From Patescibacteria group bacterium (GTDB lineage Bacteria > Patescibacteriota > Microgenomatia > JAMCZE01): a DNA stretch of 64,000 nt. Location: NCBI GenBank assembly GCA_023380635.1, contig JAMCRP010000001.1:247911-311910 (forward strand). The letters are read 5' to 3'. Under the pieces are notes generated by a model that made no database searches, was not told where the DNA came from, and saw only the letters and a program-made list of their open reading frames with translations. The first letter of the stretch is position 1. Each line of letters begins with the position of its first letter. Shown piece after piece: positions 47,771-57,238 of the stretch. The position numbers and the translations under genes were made by a program.

Positions 47771-48439
47771 TCACTTTAATCTAAAGTCGATTTCCTGCTT
47801 AAACTGATCAATACTCTGGCCGCCGGTAAACTTAGTACCGTTAACAAAGAATGTCGGAGTAGCGTCAATTCCCACTTTATTACCATCAGCCTGATCATTT
47901 AACACTTTTTGCCGTATAGCATCGGAATCTAAATCAGCCGCAAATTTAGCCGTATCCAGCCCCAAACTTTGAGCCAAGCCAATAGCTTTATCTTTATCAA
48001 AAGCGTAGTCCGGCGATGATTCGAAGGCAGCAAACAGCGCGTCGTGCATTTCCCAAAACTTCCCCTGCAACCCCGCTGCTTCAGCGGTTTCCGCCGCTAA
48101 AAAGGCGTATTGATGAGAAGGTAAGGGAAATTCACGATAAACAAACCGGACACTGCTATTTTTATAAGTATCCAGCATCTGTGCCACGGCTGGCTGAGCC
48201 GCCTGGCAGGCCGGACATTCAAAATCAGAAAATTCCACAATAGTGACTTTAGCGTTTTCCGGACCGAGAAAATGAGAGTCGGGCCGAACCAAAATACTGG
48301 TATCCACCACCTGAGCTGCCGCCGTTGATCCTGAGCTGCTGTTTCCCTGTCCGGACAAAAAAGCCACCCCGCCAATAAGGATTAGCGTGCCGGCAATAAT
48401 CGCAATAAAAACTTTGGTTTCTGTGCTAAGATTGGGCAT
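47771..48439 (-). CDS. DsbA-family thiol:disulfide oxidoreductase
   Basis: EFSDFECPAC, FPL..H, ATPTFFVNG, N-terminal anchor. Confidence 0.9.
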   Translation of the reverse strand: MPNLSTETKVFIAIIAGTLILIGGVAFLSGQGNSSSGSTAAAQVVDTSILVRPDSHFLGPENAKVTIVEFSDFECPACQAAQPAVAQMLDTYKNSSVRFVYREFPLPSHQYAFLAAETAEAAGLQGKFWEMHDALFAAFESSPDYAFDKDKAIGLAQSLGLDTAKFAADLDSDAIRQKVLNDQADGNKVGIDATPTFFVNGTKFTGGQSIDQFKQEIDFRLK

Positions 48440-50753
48440 TTAAGCGCATTTTAACAGTCTGGACTAAAAACAAATAGGTTACCGTTAACAATAATAACAC
48501 AACCAGCAAGATAAACGGCAGGGAAACGAAAGAAAAAAGGTGAGCCAATGGTGTAAAGGGAATGATTAGAGCCGTCAGGGCCATGCCGCCGCAGGTTAAA
48601 ACCATCCCTGCGCTTGGCTGGCTTTGCAGAAAGGGAATTTTGCGGGTCCGGATAATAAACACAACCAGAACCTGAGTTAACAGTGATTCCACAAACCATC
48701 CGGTTTGAAACAGCGAACCAGCCGCTCTGAAGAAAAAGAGCAGAATACCAAAGGTTAAAAAATCGTAAACTGAACTAATCGGTCCAAAGACCAGCATGTA
48801 TTTCCGAATTGTTCGCATATCCCAGTGTTGGGGGCGCTGCAAACCTTCCGGATCAACATTGTCCGAAGAGATTGAAAGCTGGGAAACATCATAAAGCGAA
48901 TCGGACAACAGCACCTGGGAAGCGGTCATGGGCAAAAACGGCAGGAAAAATGACGCGCCGACCGCCGAAAAAGCGTTACCAAAATTGGAACTGGTTCCCA
49001 TGAGAATATATTTGACAGTGTTGGCAAAAATCTTGCGCCCCTCAACCACTCCGTCGGCAATTACCGCCAGGCTTTTACGTAGCAGGACTACCGACGCCGC
49101 ATCCTTGGCCACATCCACCGCGCTGTTAACGGAAATTCCCACATCGGCACTGTGCAGTGCCAAAGAATCGTTAATCCCATCTCCCAAAAAGCCCACGCAG
49201 TGTCCGTTGGCTTTAAGCAGATTAACAATCCGAAGTTTTTGTTCCGGTGTCATCCGGGCAAAAATATCCAACTCCCGAAGTTTTTCCCGAAGTTCCCCGT
49301 CAGCCATTTCTTCAATCCGGGGACCGGTCAAAATTTCTTTAACCGGAATCCCGATTTCCTGGCAAACTTTCCGGGTAATGACTTCGTTGTCACCGGTAAT
49401 AATTTTCACTTTTACTCCGGCGGTTGCCAGCCTTTCAATGGAAACTTTAGCCGTTTGCTTCGGGGTGTCGGCGAAAGTCAAAAATCCTGCCAGGCTTAGG
49501 CTTTTGGCGTCTGCAAAACTGTAGTGTAGTTTATCTTCGATAGATTTTGTCGCTACAGCTACTACCCGTAAACCCGCTTCGTTCAGGGCAACAATCCTCT
49601 TTCTCAAAACTGTCCTTTTTTGTGGTGTTAAACGGCAAAACTCCAATACTTCATGCGGCGCTCCTTTATAAATCAGCTCTCGCCCGGACGGACCTTCAAC
49701 AACGGTTAGCATCGCCCGCCGACCATAATCAAACGGCTCCTCGGCGACCTTTTCATATTTTTCCGGTACATGATAGTTAGTATTATGAGCAAATGCCCAG
49801 ATACTACTGTCAATTGGGTCACCAAAAATCCGGTGATGGACAATTGCGCCATTACAAAGCAGAGCCAGATCCAAAATCCGATCATTTTTGGTTCCGTTAG
49901 CGTCAAAGTACCCGGTTAAAGATATTTTCCCTTCTGTCAGAGTTCCGGTTTTATCTGTGCAGAGGATATCCATGTTTCCCAAATTTTCGATAGCCACCAA
50001 CTGTTTAACGATTACTTCTTTTTTAGCCAATCTGCCAGCTCCATGAGATAAACTAACGGTAATAATAACCGGCAATAGTTCCGGAGTAATCCCGATGGCA
50101 ATAGCCAGGGAAAATAGCACCGATTCGATAAAAGACCGACCTAAAAGACTATTAATAGTAATGGTGATAATTACCATCACCACTACTACCCGAACCAGAA
50201 ACAGACTAAAACCGCTTAAACCTTTTTGAAAACTGGTCTGTGGTCGACTGGCTTCCAATTTAGTCGAGATTTTTCCAAAGCGGGTCTGGGATCCGGCCGC
50301 CGTAATTTTTCCCTGGGCTGACCCGCGAATTACCGTTGTTCCCATAAACGCCGGGTCGCCGTTTTTCTTAGCAATGGTCGCCGCTTCTCCGGTCAAAGCC
50401 GATTCGTCTACTTCCAGGTTGTCCGACTCCGTTAAGATAATGTCCGCCGGAACCACACAGCCAGGGAAAAGAAAAACCACCTCTCCAGGATTGAGATTTT
50501 TTACCGGCACTTCCTGTTTGATCCCGTTTCGCACGACTACTGCCATCAGGGAAATTCTTTTCAGAAGATCTCTGACTGTCCGTTCCGCGCTAAACTCGTT
50601 CCAAAAACCCATCAGGATCGACAAGACGATAAGAAGAAAGATTATGACCGCATTGGTTGTTTCCCCCACCGTAAAAGAGATTACCGTTGCAACAACCAAG
50701 ATAATTAACAACGGATTTTTAATCTGCCGAAGAAAGATACCGAAGGCCAGCAT
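48426..50753 (-). CDS. mgtA: Magnesium-translocating P-type ATPase (P3B), short N-terminus
   Basis: LTGE, TPELLP, DKTGTLT, KGAP, GDGIND, SSNFGN, FQTGWFVES. Confidence 0.88.
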   Translation of the reverse strand: MLAFGIFLRQIKNPLLIILVVATVISFTVGETTNAVIIFLLIVLSILMGFWNEFSAERTVRDLLKRISLMAVVVRNGIKQEVPVKNLNPGEVVFLFPGCVVPADIILTESDNLEVDESALTGEAATIAKKNGDPAFMGTTVIRGSAQGKITAAGSQTRFGKISTKLEASRPQTSFQKGLSGFSLFLVRVVVVMVIITITINSLLGRSFIESVLFSLAIAIGITPELLPVIITVSLSHGAGRLAKKEVIVKQLVAIENLGNMDILCTDKTGTLTEGKISLTGYFDANGTKNDRILDLALLCNGAIVHHRIFGDPIDSSIWAFAHNTNYHVPEKYEKVAEEPFDYGRRAMLTVVEGPSGRELIYKGAPHEVLEFCRLTPQKRTVLRKRIVALNEAGLRVVAVATKSIEDKLHYSFADAKSLSLAGFLTFADTPKQTAKVSIERLATAGVKVKIITGDNEVITRKVCQEIGIPVKEILTGPRIEEMADGELREKLRELDIFARMTPEQKLRIVNLLKANGHCVGFLGDGINDSLALHSADVGISVNSAVDVAKDAASVVLLRKSLAVIADGVVEGRKIFANTVKYILMGTSSNFGNAFSAVGASFFLPFLPMTASQVLLSDSLYDVSQLSISSDNVDPEGLQRPQHWDMRTIRKYMLVFGPISSVYDFLTFGILLFFFRAAGSLFQTGWFVESLLTQVLVVFIIRTRKIPFLQSQPSAGMVLTCGGMALTALIIPFTPLAHLFSFVSLPFILLVVLLLLTVTYLFLVQTVKMRLNAQS

Positions 50754-50759
50754 AAGTTT

Positions 50760-51470
50760 TTAGAAGTAACTGACGGCAAAAAAGCCCATCGCCAAACCTA
50801 AAAATAATCCGCCAAGTGTGTCGCTGGCCCAATGCTCGCCAAGATAGATGCGAGAAACAATCATCACCAGCGCGTACAAAACGGCAGCAACCGTCACCCA
50901 ACGGACCTTAAGATATCGGACGATCAGAAATGAACTAACAACCATTAAAAATAAGGTCCGGCTGACGTGACCGGAAGGAAAAGAACTGTTAGTCGACACA
51001 TAGGAAGTAGGAAAAGAGAAAGGCAAAGTATATCGAAAGAAATTTTGCGGTGGGCCAGGGTGATAAAGGCCTAGTTTGCCGATGAATTCAAACATTAAAA
51101 TTACTCCGAAAAAGACCAGGGCAAAAAAGATCTTCTTTTCTCTTCGGAAAACCCATAAGGCCAGAAGGAGAACCAGGAGAGTGGTCACTTCAAAACTTCC
51201 CAAAAGCGACAATATCGACAAAGGAATGTCCAGGGTTCTGGGAGTGACGGACTGGAGATATAAAGTTGTTTGCTCATCAAAATTACCAAAGACCCTTTTT
51301 GCTTCCAAAGCCAGTATCACCAAGAAGATCAGGAAAAAACCGGAACCAGTAAAAAAATAGGAAAAATTTTTCGGCAGGGTGTTGGCTTTTTTAAACTCTG
51401 ATAGCAGATATTTGCTTAATCTCTTCACAAAGATTATGTTAACACAAATCGCAGGGGTTTGTCTTTCCAC
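50760..51470 (-). CDS. PAP2-family membrane phosphatase (candidate undecaprenyl-PP phosphatase)
   Basis: SFPSGH and SRIYLGEHWASD. True start may be downstream (GTG 51428). Confidence 0.85.
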   Translation of the reverse strand: MERQTPAICVNIIFVKRLSKYLLSEFKKANTLPKNFSYFFTGSGFFLIFLVILALEAKRVFGNFDEQTTLYLQSVTPRTLDIPLSILSLLGSFEVTTLLVLLLALWVFRREKKIFFALVFFGVILMFEFIGKLGLYHPGPPQNFFRYTLPFSFPTSYVSTNSSFPSGHVSRTLFLMVVSSFLIVRYLKVRWVTVAAVLYALVMIVSRIYLGEHWASDTLGGLFLGLAMGFFAVSYF

Positions 51471-51925
51471 TCTTTTGCATAATCCACCCCAATTCTCGGG
51501 GTTATTTTTATTTTCTGCCGGCCGACATCCTCTCTTTCAGTAATGTATAAAGGGCCGGCGACAGTCATATCCACTCCGTTAAGTTTGGTAGTAATTCCTA
51601 AGCTTCGGCAAAGCCTGCCCGGTCCGGAAATGTCTCCCGCCCCCCGAATTAACACCGCCGCGCCGTCAGGTCCGGCCACCACATTAAGACAATAGTACAT
51701 CCCGTAAATCATATAAATGTAAGCGCGGCCTGCCGGGCCAAACATAATTTCCGTTCTTTTTGTTCGGCCAAACCGGCTGTGGGCTGCCAGATCATGTGGC
51801 CCCAAATAGGCCTCAGTCTCGGTTATTTTCAGCTTCTGATTTCCGCGGACTAAATATTTTCCCAAAAGCTCCGGTGCCAAAATATCCGCCGGTTTATTGT
51901 AAAATGCCCGGGTGAGAAGTTTCAT
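51434..51925 (-). CDS. mpg: 3-methyladenine DNA glycosylase (MPG/AAG family)
   Basis: ITETEAY, YIYMIYGMYYCLN, AVLIR, GPGRLC, PRIGV. Confidence 0.93.
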   Translation of the reverse strand: MKLLTRAFYNKPADILAPELLGKYLVRGNQKLKITETEAYLGPHDLAAHSRFGRTKRTEIMFGPAGRAYIYMIYGMYYCLNVVAGPDGAAVLIRGAGDISGPGRLCRSLGITTKLNGVDMTVAGPLYITEREDVGRQKIKITPRIGVDYAKEWKDKPLRFVLT

Positions 51926-52535
51926 GCCGCCCGAGTATACCAGAGGTTTAGCAAAATTTTATAAAAGAGACTTTATTGTCTCGCCCGCCGTCTTGATCCC
52001 CAGGATTGAAACTGAAGAAATTATCGAGCAGGTTCCCGCTAATGCTAAATTGATTGCCGATGTCGGCACCGGCAGCGGCTGTCTGGGCATTTCCCTGGCG
52101 GAGAAATATCCCGCGGCTACTGTTTATATCTCAGATATTTCCAACGAGGCCTTGTCTATCGCCCGCCAAAACATTCAAACCAAAAACGTTATTATCCTAA
52201 AATCTAACTTGCTATCCGGCTATCCTGTTAACCTGCTATTTGATGTTATCGTCGCCAACTTGCCCTATATTCCTTCGAAAAGAATTTCTCGGCTACTAGC
52301 TGCGATACGAAAATATGAACCCCACTTAGCTCTCGACGGCGGTCCCGACGGCGCCACTTTAATTAATCAATTGATTAAACAGTTGCCAACTCGCCTCAAG
52401 CCCGGTGGTTTAGCCGTTTTGGAAATTGATGATACCCACACTTTGAAAGTCTTTGATCTTCCGGAAAGTTTCAGCGGAGAAATAAAAAAAGACCGGTTTG
52501 AAAGAAACAGATTTATAATTCTTAAAAGAAGCTAA
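51912..52535 (+). CDS. prmC: Release factor glutamine methyltransferase, lacking most of the N-terminal domain
   Basis: VLIPRIETE, DVGTGSGC, ANLPY, EPHLALDGGPDG. Confidence 0.88.
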   Translation: MRSFMPPEYTRGLAKFYKRDFIVSPAVLIPRIETEEIIEQVPANAKLIADVGTGSGCLGISLAEKYPAATVYISDISNEALSIARQNIQTKNVIILKSNLLSGYPVNLLFDVIVANLPYIPSKRISRLLAAIRKYEPHLALDGGPDGATLINQLIKQLPTRLKPGGLAVLEIDDTHTLKVFDLPESFSGEIKKDRFERNRFIILKRS

Positions 52536-55258
52536 TTAGGATAATGACAGCGCTTGTATTTCTTGCCGCTCCCGCACCAGCAGGGATCGTTACGACCCAG
52601 TTTACTGTGATCTGATTTTGGAGGCACAGTTGTATTTAGTTTGCTACCTGTCAATGCCTGTCCAGTTCTGCTAGTATCTGTCAGCGTCTTTTCCTCTTGT
52701 TTCACTCCGCCTTCAATGTTCTCCACTTGAGCAGCGTTAGTTACCGCCTGTTGCATTTGGGCAATCTGTTCCGGTGTGGCCACAGCAATTTTATAGATCC
52801 GGTGGACAATTTCGCTGTCAACGGCCGCCATCAGTTTTTCGAACATGTCAAAAGCTTCCGATTTATATTCAACCAGGGGGTCCCGCTGGCCGTAACCGCG
52901 TAGCCCGATGCCTTCGCGAAGATCATCAATAGCTTCCAGGTGTTCCATCCAGAGAGTATCGATAACCCGTAGCATTTCCTGCTGTTCAATGTAACGGGAA
53001 ATTTCCACGCCCATCTGTTTTTCCCGGTGGTCATAAACATCACGGGCAATCTGCTGTAAGGTTTCCACTGTCTCTCCTCCTAGAGAAAGTTTCTTAACGA
53101 TTTCTTTGCGGGAATTCTCGTCAAACGGAATAATCGTGGCGTATTCCTCGACAAGTTTAGCCGTGCTGTCATCCTCAAAGTTGCCGGAGTAGGAAGCGAC
53201 CATAGTCGCAATTTCTTTATCAATCTTATCGAGAATAAACTGTTTGCTCTCGTTCTTAAAATTATCGTCCAGAACCTTGCGCCGCAGTCCGTAAACAATT
53301 TCCCGTTGTTTATTCATGACATCATCATAATCCAGCAGGTGTTTGCGTGAGTCGAAATTAAACTGCTCTACCTTACTCTGAGCCTGCTCAATCGCCCGGT
53401 TCACCATCCCGTGTTCCAGCGGCTGATCTTCGGGGATATTAAAGAAAGTCATCAGTTTTCCCACCTGGTCCCCGCCAAATAGACGCATAATGTCATCATC
53501 CAGCGCCAGAAAAAAACGGCTGGAACCCGGATCACCCTGCCGTCCCGCCCGACCACGCAGCTGGTTATCGATCCGGCGGGATTCGTGCCGTTCAGTGCCG
53601 ATGACATGCAAACCGCCGAGTTTTACAACCTCATCATGATCCTTTTCCCATTGCTTCCACTCCTTTGTTCCCACCATTGGCCGTCCATCTTCAAAACTTG
53701 GCTGATTGCCGCCCAAAAGAATGTCAACACCCCGGCCCGCCATGTTTGTGGCCACCGTAACCGCACCCTTTGTGCCAGCCTGGGTAATAATCAGCGCTTC
53801 TTTCTCATGCTGCTTAGCATTTAAAACCTGATGGGGAATGCCTTTATGGCGCAGAAACTGAGAGATAATCTCGTTGCGGTCAATCGAAGTCGTGCCAACC
53901 AAAACCGGCCGACCGATTTTGTGCATCTCTTCAATTTCATGAACAATTGCGGCATACTTAGCCCGTTGGGTTTTATAGACCTGGTCTGCCTGATCAATTC
54001 TGACCATTGGCTTATGTGTCGGGATGACCACCACATTCAGTTTATAAATCTTATGAAACTCTTCGGATTCCGTAGCGGCTGTGCCTGTCATGCCGGCAAT
54101 TTTTTCATATTTACGGAAATAGTTTTGCAAAGAAATGGTAGCTAGCGTCTTTGACTCCTGCTGTATCGGGACACCCTCCTTAGCTTCCACCGCCTGGTGG
54201 ATACCTTCGCTCCAGCGCCGTCCCGGCATGAGTCGCCCGGTAAACTCATCGACAATGACCACTTGATTATCCCGAACAATATAGTCGCGTTCTTTTTGGT
54301 AAAGAGTTTTGGCCTTCAGAGCGGCCTCAATATGGTGAACTGTAGAAAAATCTTTCTCATAAATATCTTTTGTACCCAAAAGTTGTTCAATCTTGCCAAC
54401 TCCGTGGTCAGTTAAATGGGCGGTTCGCAATTTTTCATCAATGACATAGTCCAGTTTCGGGGTTAGTTTTTCTACCAGCTGGGCGTATTCATAATATTTT
54501 TGGGTGGCTTCTTCCTGAGGCGCAGAGATAATATGCGGAGTGCGAGCCTCGTCGATTAGAACTGAGTCGACTTCGTCAACAATCGCAAAATAAAATCCTC
54601 TCTGGACCAGTTCTCCCGCGCTTCGGGCCATATTGTCCCGCAGATAATCAAAACCAAATTCGGAGTTGATACCATAAGTAATATCCGCCGCGTAGGCTTC
54701 TTGGCGCGAAATCGGCCGCAAATGCCGCAATCGCCAATCCGCTGCTTTTTCGTCAGTAAATTCCGGGTCGTATATAAATGAAGTATCGTGGATAATTGCC
54801 GAAGTGGATAACCCCAACAAATGAAAAATTGGCCCCATCCAGCCACTGTGACTCCTGGCTAAATAATCATTCACCGTAACCAAATGGGTTCCTTTGCCCG
54901 CTAGCGCGTTAAGATAAAGCGCGATTGCGGCGGTTAAGGTTTTACCCTCTCCGGTCTTCTGTTCGGCAATCTTTCCCTGATGCAGCACAATTGAGGCCAT
55001 GATCTGTTCATCAAATGGCCGCTGATTATTTACCCGGAAAGACGCTTCCCGAATTAAAGCAAATGCTTCAGGTAAAAGTTCATCAAGGCTTTTTCCGTTA
55101 GCGACTTGTTTTTTTAGTTCTGCAGTTTTTTGCGCAAAATCATTATCTTTAATTTTCTTAGTTCCAGTTTCCAAGCGATTAACTTCCTCTAGAATCGGAA
55201 TTAGCTTCTTGATTTCCTTGTCATTTGCGTTTATATACTTATTGAGAAAATTAAGCAT
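52532..55258 (-). CDS. secA: Preprotein translocase ATPase SecA
   Basis: TGEGKT, DEVDSVLIDEARTP, QLRGRAGRQGDPG, C-terminal GRNDPCWCGSGKKYKRCH. Confidence 0.98.
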   Translation of the reverse strand: MLNFLNKYINANDKEIKKLIPILEEVNRLETGTKKIKDNDFAQKTAELKKQVANGKSLDELLPEAFALIREASFRVNNQRPFDEQIMASIVLHQGKIAEQKTGEGKTLTAAIALYLNALAGKGTHLVTVNDYLARSHSGWMGPIFHLLGLSTSAIIHDTSFIYDPEFTDEKAADWRLRHLRPISRQEAYAADITYGINSEFGFDYLRDNMARSAGELVQRGFYFAIVDEVDSVLIDEARTPHIISAPQEEATQKYYEYAQLVEKLTPKLDYVIDEKLRTAHLTDHGVGKIEQLLGTKDIYEKDFSTVHHIEAALKAKTLYQKERDYIVRDNQVVIVDEFTGRLMPGRRWSEGIHQAVEAKEGVPIQQESKTLATISLQNYFRKYEKIAGMTGTAATESEEFHKIYKLNVVVIPTHKPMVRIDQADQVYKTQRAKYAAIVHEIEEMHKIGRPVLVGTTSIDRNEIISQFLRHKGIPHQVLNAKQHEKEALIITQAGTKGAVTVATNMAGRGVDILLGGNQPSFEDGRPMVGTKEWKQWEKDHDEVVKLGGLHVIGTERHESRRIDNQLRGRAGRQGDPGSSRFFLALDDDIMRLFGGDQVGKLMTFFNIPEDQPLEHGMVNRAIEQAQSKVEQFNFDSRKHLLDYDDVMNKQREIVYGLRRKVLDDNFKNESKQFILDKIDKEIATMVASYSGNFEDDSTAKLVEEYATIIPFDENSRKEIVKKLSLGGETVETLQQIARDVYDHREKQMGVEISRYIEQQEMLRVIDTLWMEHLEAIDDLREGIGLRGYGQRDPLVEYKSEAFDMFEKLMAAVDSEIVHRIYKIAVATPEQIAQMQQAVTNAAQVENIEGGVKQEEKTLTDTSRTGQALTGSKLNTTVPPKSDHSKLGRNDPCWCGSGKKYKRCHYPN

Positions 55259-55281
55259 CAGTCTGCCTATTTTACCATTTG

Positions 55282-56223
55282 ATGACAGATAAATCAGAAG
55301 AGTTTAAAAAGAGAACCAATCGATCTTTAGCCGATTTCCAGCAATTCATTGATAAAAGTCAAATTTCCCCTTCTATTTATAGCCCCGGAAAGGTTTTCGT
55401 CCGCCGACACAATTTTTTAAACATTGTTCAGGAAAAATCTTCAGAAACTATTGAATTATCCTATACGGACATCCTGCGGGCCGGCGGATACACAGTTCCC
55501 ACCGAAGTCAATCCCGCTTACGCCCAAGCCGGCTCTCTTGGCCACGAACTCATCATTTCTGAACTGACCAATCGGCTCAATTCCTTACCCCGTCCCAACC
55601 TGGAAACAGAACTCCTTGAAGAACTCCTTAAGCATCCCAAACTAGCCGCTTTTGATGAGACCGAAGGTTCACAAATGTGGATGTTTTCTCCTCATAAGCC
55701 CTTGGCTCGAGACATTGCTCAAAAGATTATCCGGGTCGTTAATAACTACCTGCAGTTGAAACGGCAAAATCCACTTTTTGAGAAAACGGCCGTTATTCCT
55801 CTTGGAATAATTCATGAACACCAAGTTGTACTCATTACCAGAGGTGATGCAATTGAGGGTAATGTTGGCGAAAATACCATTGTTGATAATTTTAAAACTG
55901 GACTCACGCAGACAATGTCACTAAAAAGAGTCCACTTGGACACCTTTGTCCAGGAAGCCACGGCAGCAGCGATAGAAAATTCTTCACAGGTAAACCGGCC
56001 AGCTTGGCGAAACGGAAAGCTGACTGATGAATGGGTATACTACAGTCAAAAGCCGTTAAGCGAACTGGAAATCAGACCGATACCCTTGGGGAGAATAGTT
56101 TGTACTGACGGCCTTCTCGGGCAGGAAGTTAAGTTCAGTGACAACACCCGACAGGAAAAAAGGCGCTTCTATGACCTTGCAGCTGAGGCTATTGCTAAAA
56201 AGTTAAAATTGTCAACTCGCTAA
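55282..56223 (+). CDS. Hypothetical protein, possible degenerate PD-(D/E)XK nuclease fold
   Basis: AQAGSLGHELI, TRGDAI and IVDNFKTG occur in RecB-family order. Confidence 0.45.
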   Translation: MTDKSEEFKKRTNRSLADFQQFIDKSQISPSIYSPGKVFVRRHNFLNIVQEKSSETIELSYTDILRAGGYTVPTEVNPAYAQAGSLGHELIISELTNRLNSLPRPNLETELLEELLKHPKLAAFDETEGSQMWMFSPHKPLARDIAQKIIRVVNNYLQLKRQNPLFEKTAVIPLGIIHEHQVVLITRGDAIEGNVGENTIVDNFKTGLTQTMSLKRVHLDTFVQEATAAAIENSSQVNRPAWRNGKLTDEWVYYSQKPLSELEIRPIPLGRIVCTDGLLGQEVKFSDNTRQEKRRFYDLAAEAIAKKLKLSTR

Positions 56224-56243
56224 ACTTGGAATATAATGCTCTC

Positions 56244-56738
56244 GTGCCAAAACCGGAAATTATTAAAAAACTGGCAATGGTCGGGATCAACGCCACGAGA
56301 GTTCCCCAGGAAAGGGGCATCCATATTTATCATGGCAAAACCGGCCTTACTTCAGGACAGGAAGCCACCTTGCAAAAAGTGGATCTCTGTGCCAGACAAC
56401 TTTTTGCCTATATTTATAACGCCATGTCCAGTGACTGGGACGCCAAACAACAAGCTGATTCTCAAAGCGAAGGTTTGGGTGAAATTCTCCAAGAAATAAA
56501 AAATAACAGTGTTCCCTGGCCCATGGTTAAAGAAAGAATCAAAAATGTTGCTGCAGAAATAAATAACAGTCAAACTTCACCCGCCACCCGCCGGGAAATT
56601 GCCAACGAGTTTTGGCGCCGTTTATACACCTCAGGAAAAATACCGCCAACTAGCGTCCGTCAAAAAACCCCGGAGCAGAATTTTGTTTCAAACGACACGC
56701 TCAGGCACCTGCTTCTCCGCAGCCACCAAATTATTTAA
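56244..56738 (+). CDS. Hypothetical protein
   Basis: Open frame with its own TTGTCA-17-TATAAT promoter 6 nt before GTG 56244. No recognisable motif. Confidence 0.55.
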   Translation: MPKPEIIKKLAMVGINATRVPQERGIHIYHGKTGLTSGQEATLQKVDLCARQLFAYIYNAMSSDWDAKQQADSQSEGLGEILQEIKNNSVPWPMVKERIKNVAAEINNSQTSPATRREIANEFWRRLYTSGKIPPTSVRQKTPEQNFVSNDTLRHLLLRSHQII

Positions 56739-57238
56739 TGACAAACCTCCACCAGATTTATATAACCTTCTTTTAACCGTAAACAATTTACCAAAATCTG
56801 CCCCGTTGGCGCCAAAAATTTCTTCAGTCGGGAAATTCTTACCTGTTTCGCACCGACATAAATATCGACCAATACTAAATCAAATCTCCCGATGGACCGG
56901 AAATGACGGGCATCTTTAACCAAAATCTTTAAGTTGGGTATTTTGTCAAGGGCAAAATATTTTTTACCAATATCGATCATTATCGGGTCAATTTCGACAC
57001 CGGTAATTTTTGCATGGGGATACTTTTGGGAAATTATCCTAGCAGCTGTTCCGCAACCTAAACCAAGAATCAGGACATTGCTACATTGATCCAATGCTAT
57101 ATTGTTAATGGCTCTCTGCCAGACTGATTTTACTAAAGGTCCGGATTGTTCCACTCCTCCCACCCAAACAGACTTTTGCCAGAAGAAACTTTTTACTTTG
57201 ATGATACCGTTATATTTAGAATCTAGTAAGCGCAACAT
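56735..57238 (-). CDS. Spermidine-synthase-like class I SAM methyltransferase
   Basis: VLILGLGCG, GVEIDP, DA, FDLVLVD. Start placed at ATG 57238. Confidence 0.75.
   Translation of the reverse strand: MLRLLDSKYNGIIKVKSFFWQKSVWVGGVEQSGPLVKSVWQRAINNIALDQCSNVLILGLGCGTAARIISQKYPHAKITGVEIDPIMIDIGKKYFALDKIPNLKILVKDARHFRSIGRFDLVLVDIYVGAKQVRISRLKKFLAPTGQILVNCLRLKEGYINLVEVCH

Noticed and set aside
48928-49524. 198-aa plus-strand ORF
   Set aside because: Antisense shadow of the conserved P-type ATPase core.
55282-56223. Cas4 or CRISPR association
   Set aside because: No Fe-S cysteines, no cas genes and no repeat-spacer array anywhere in the window.
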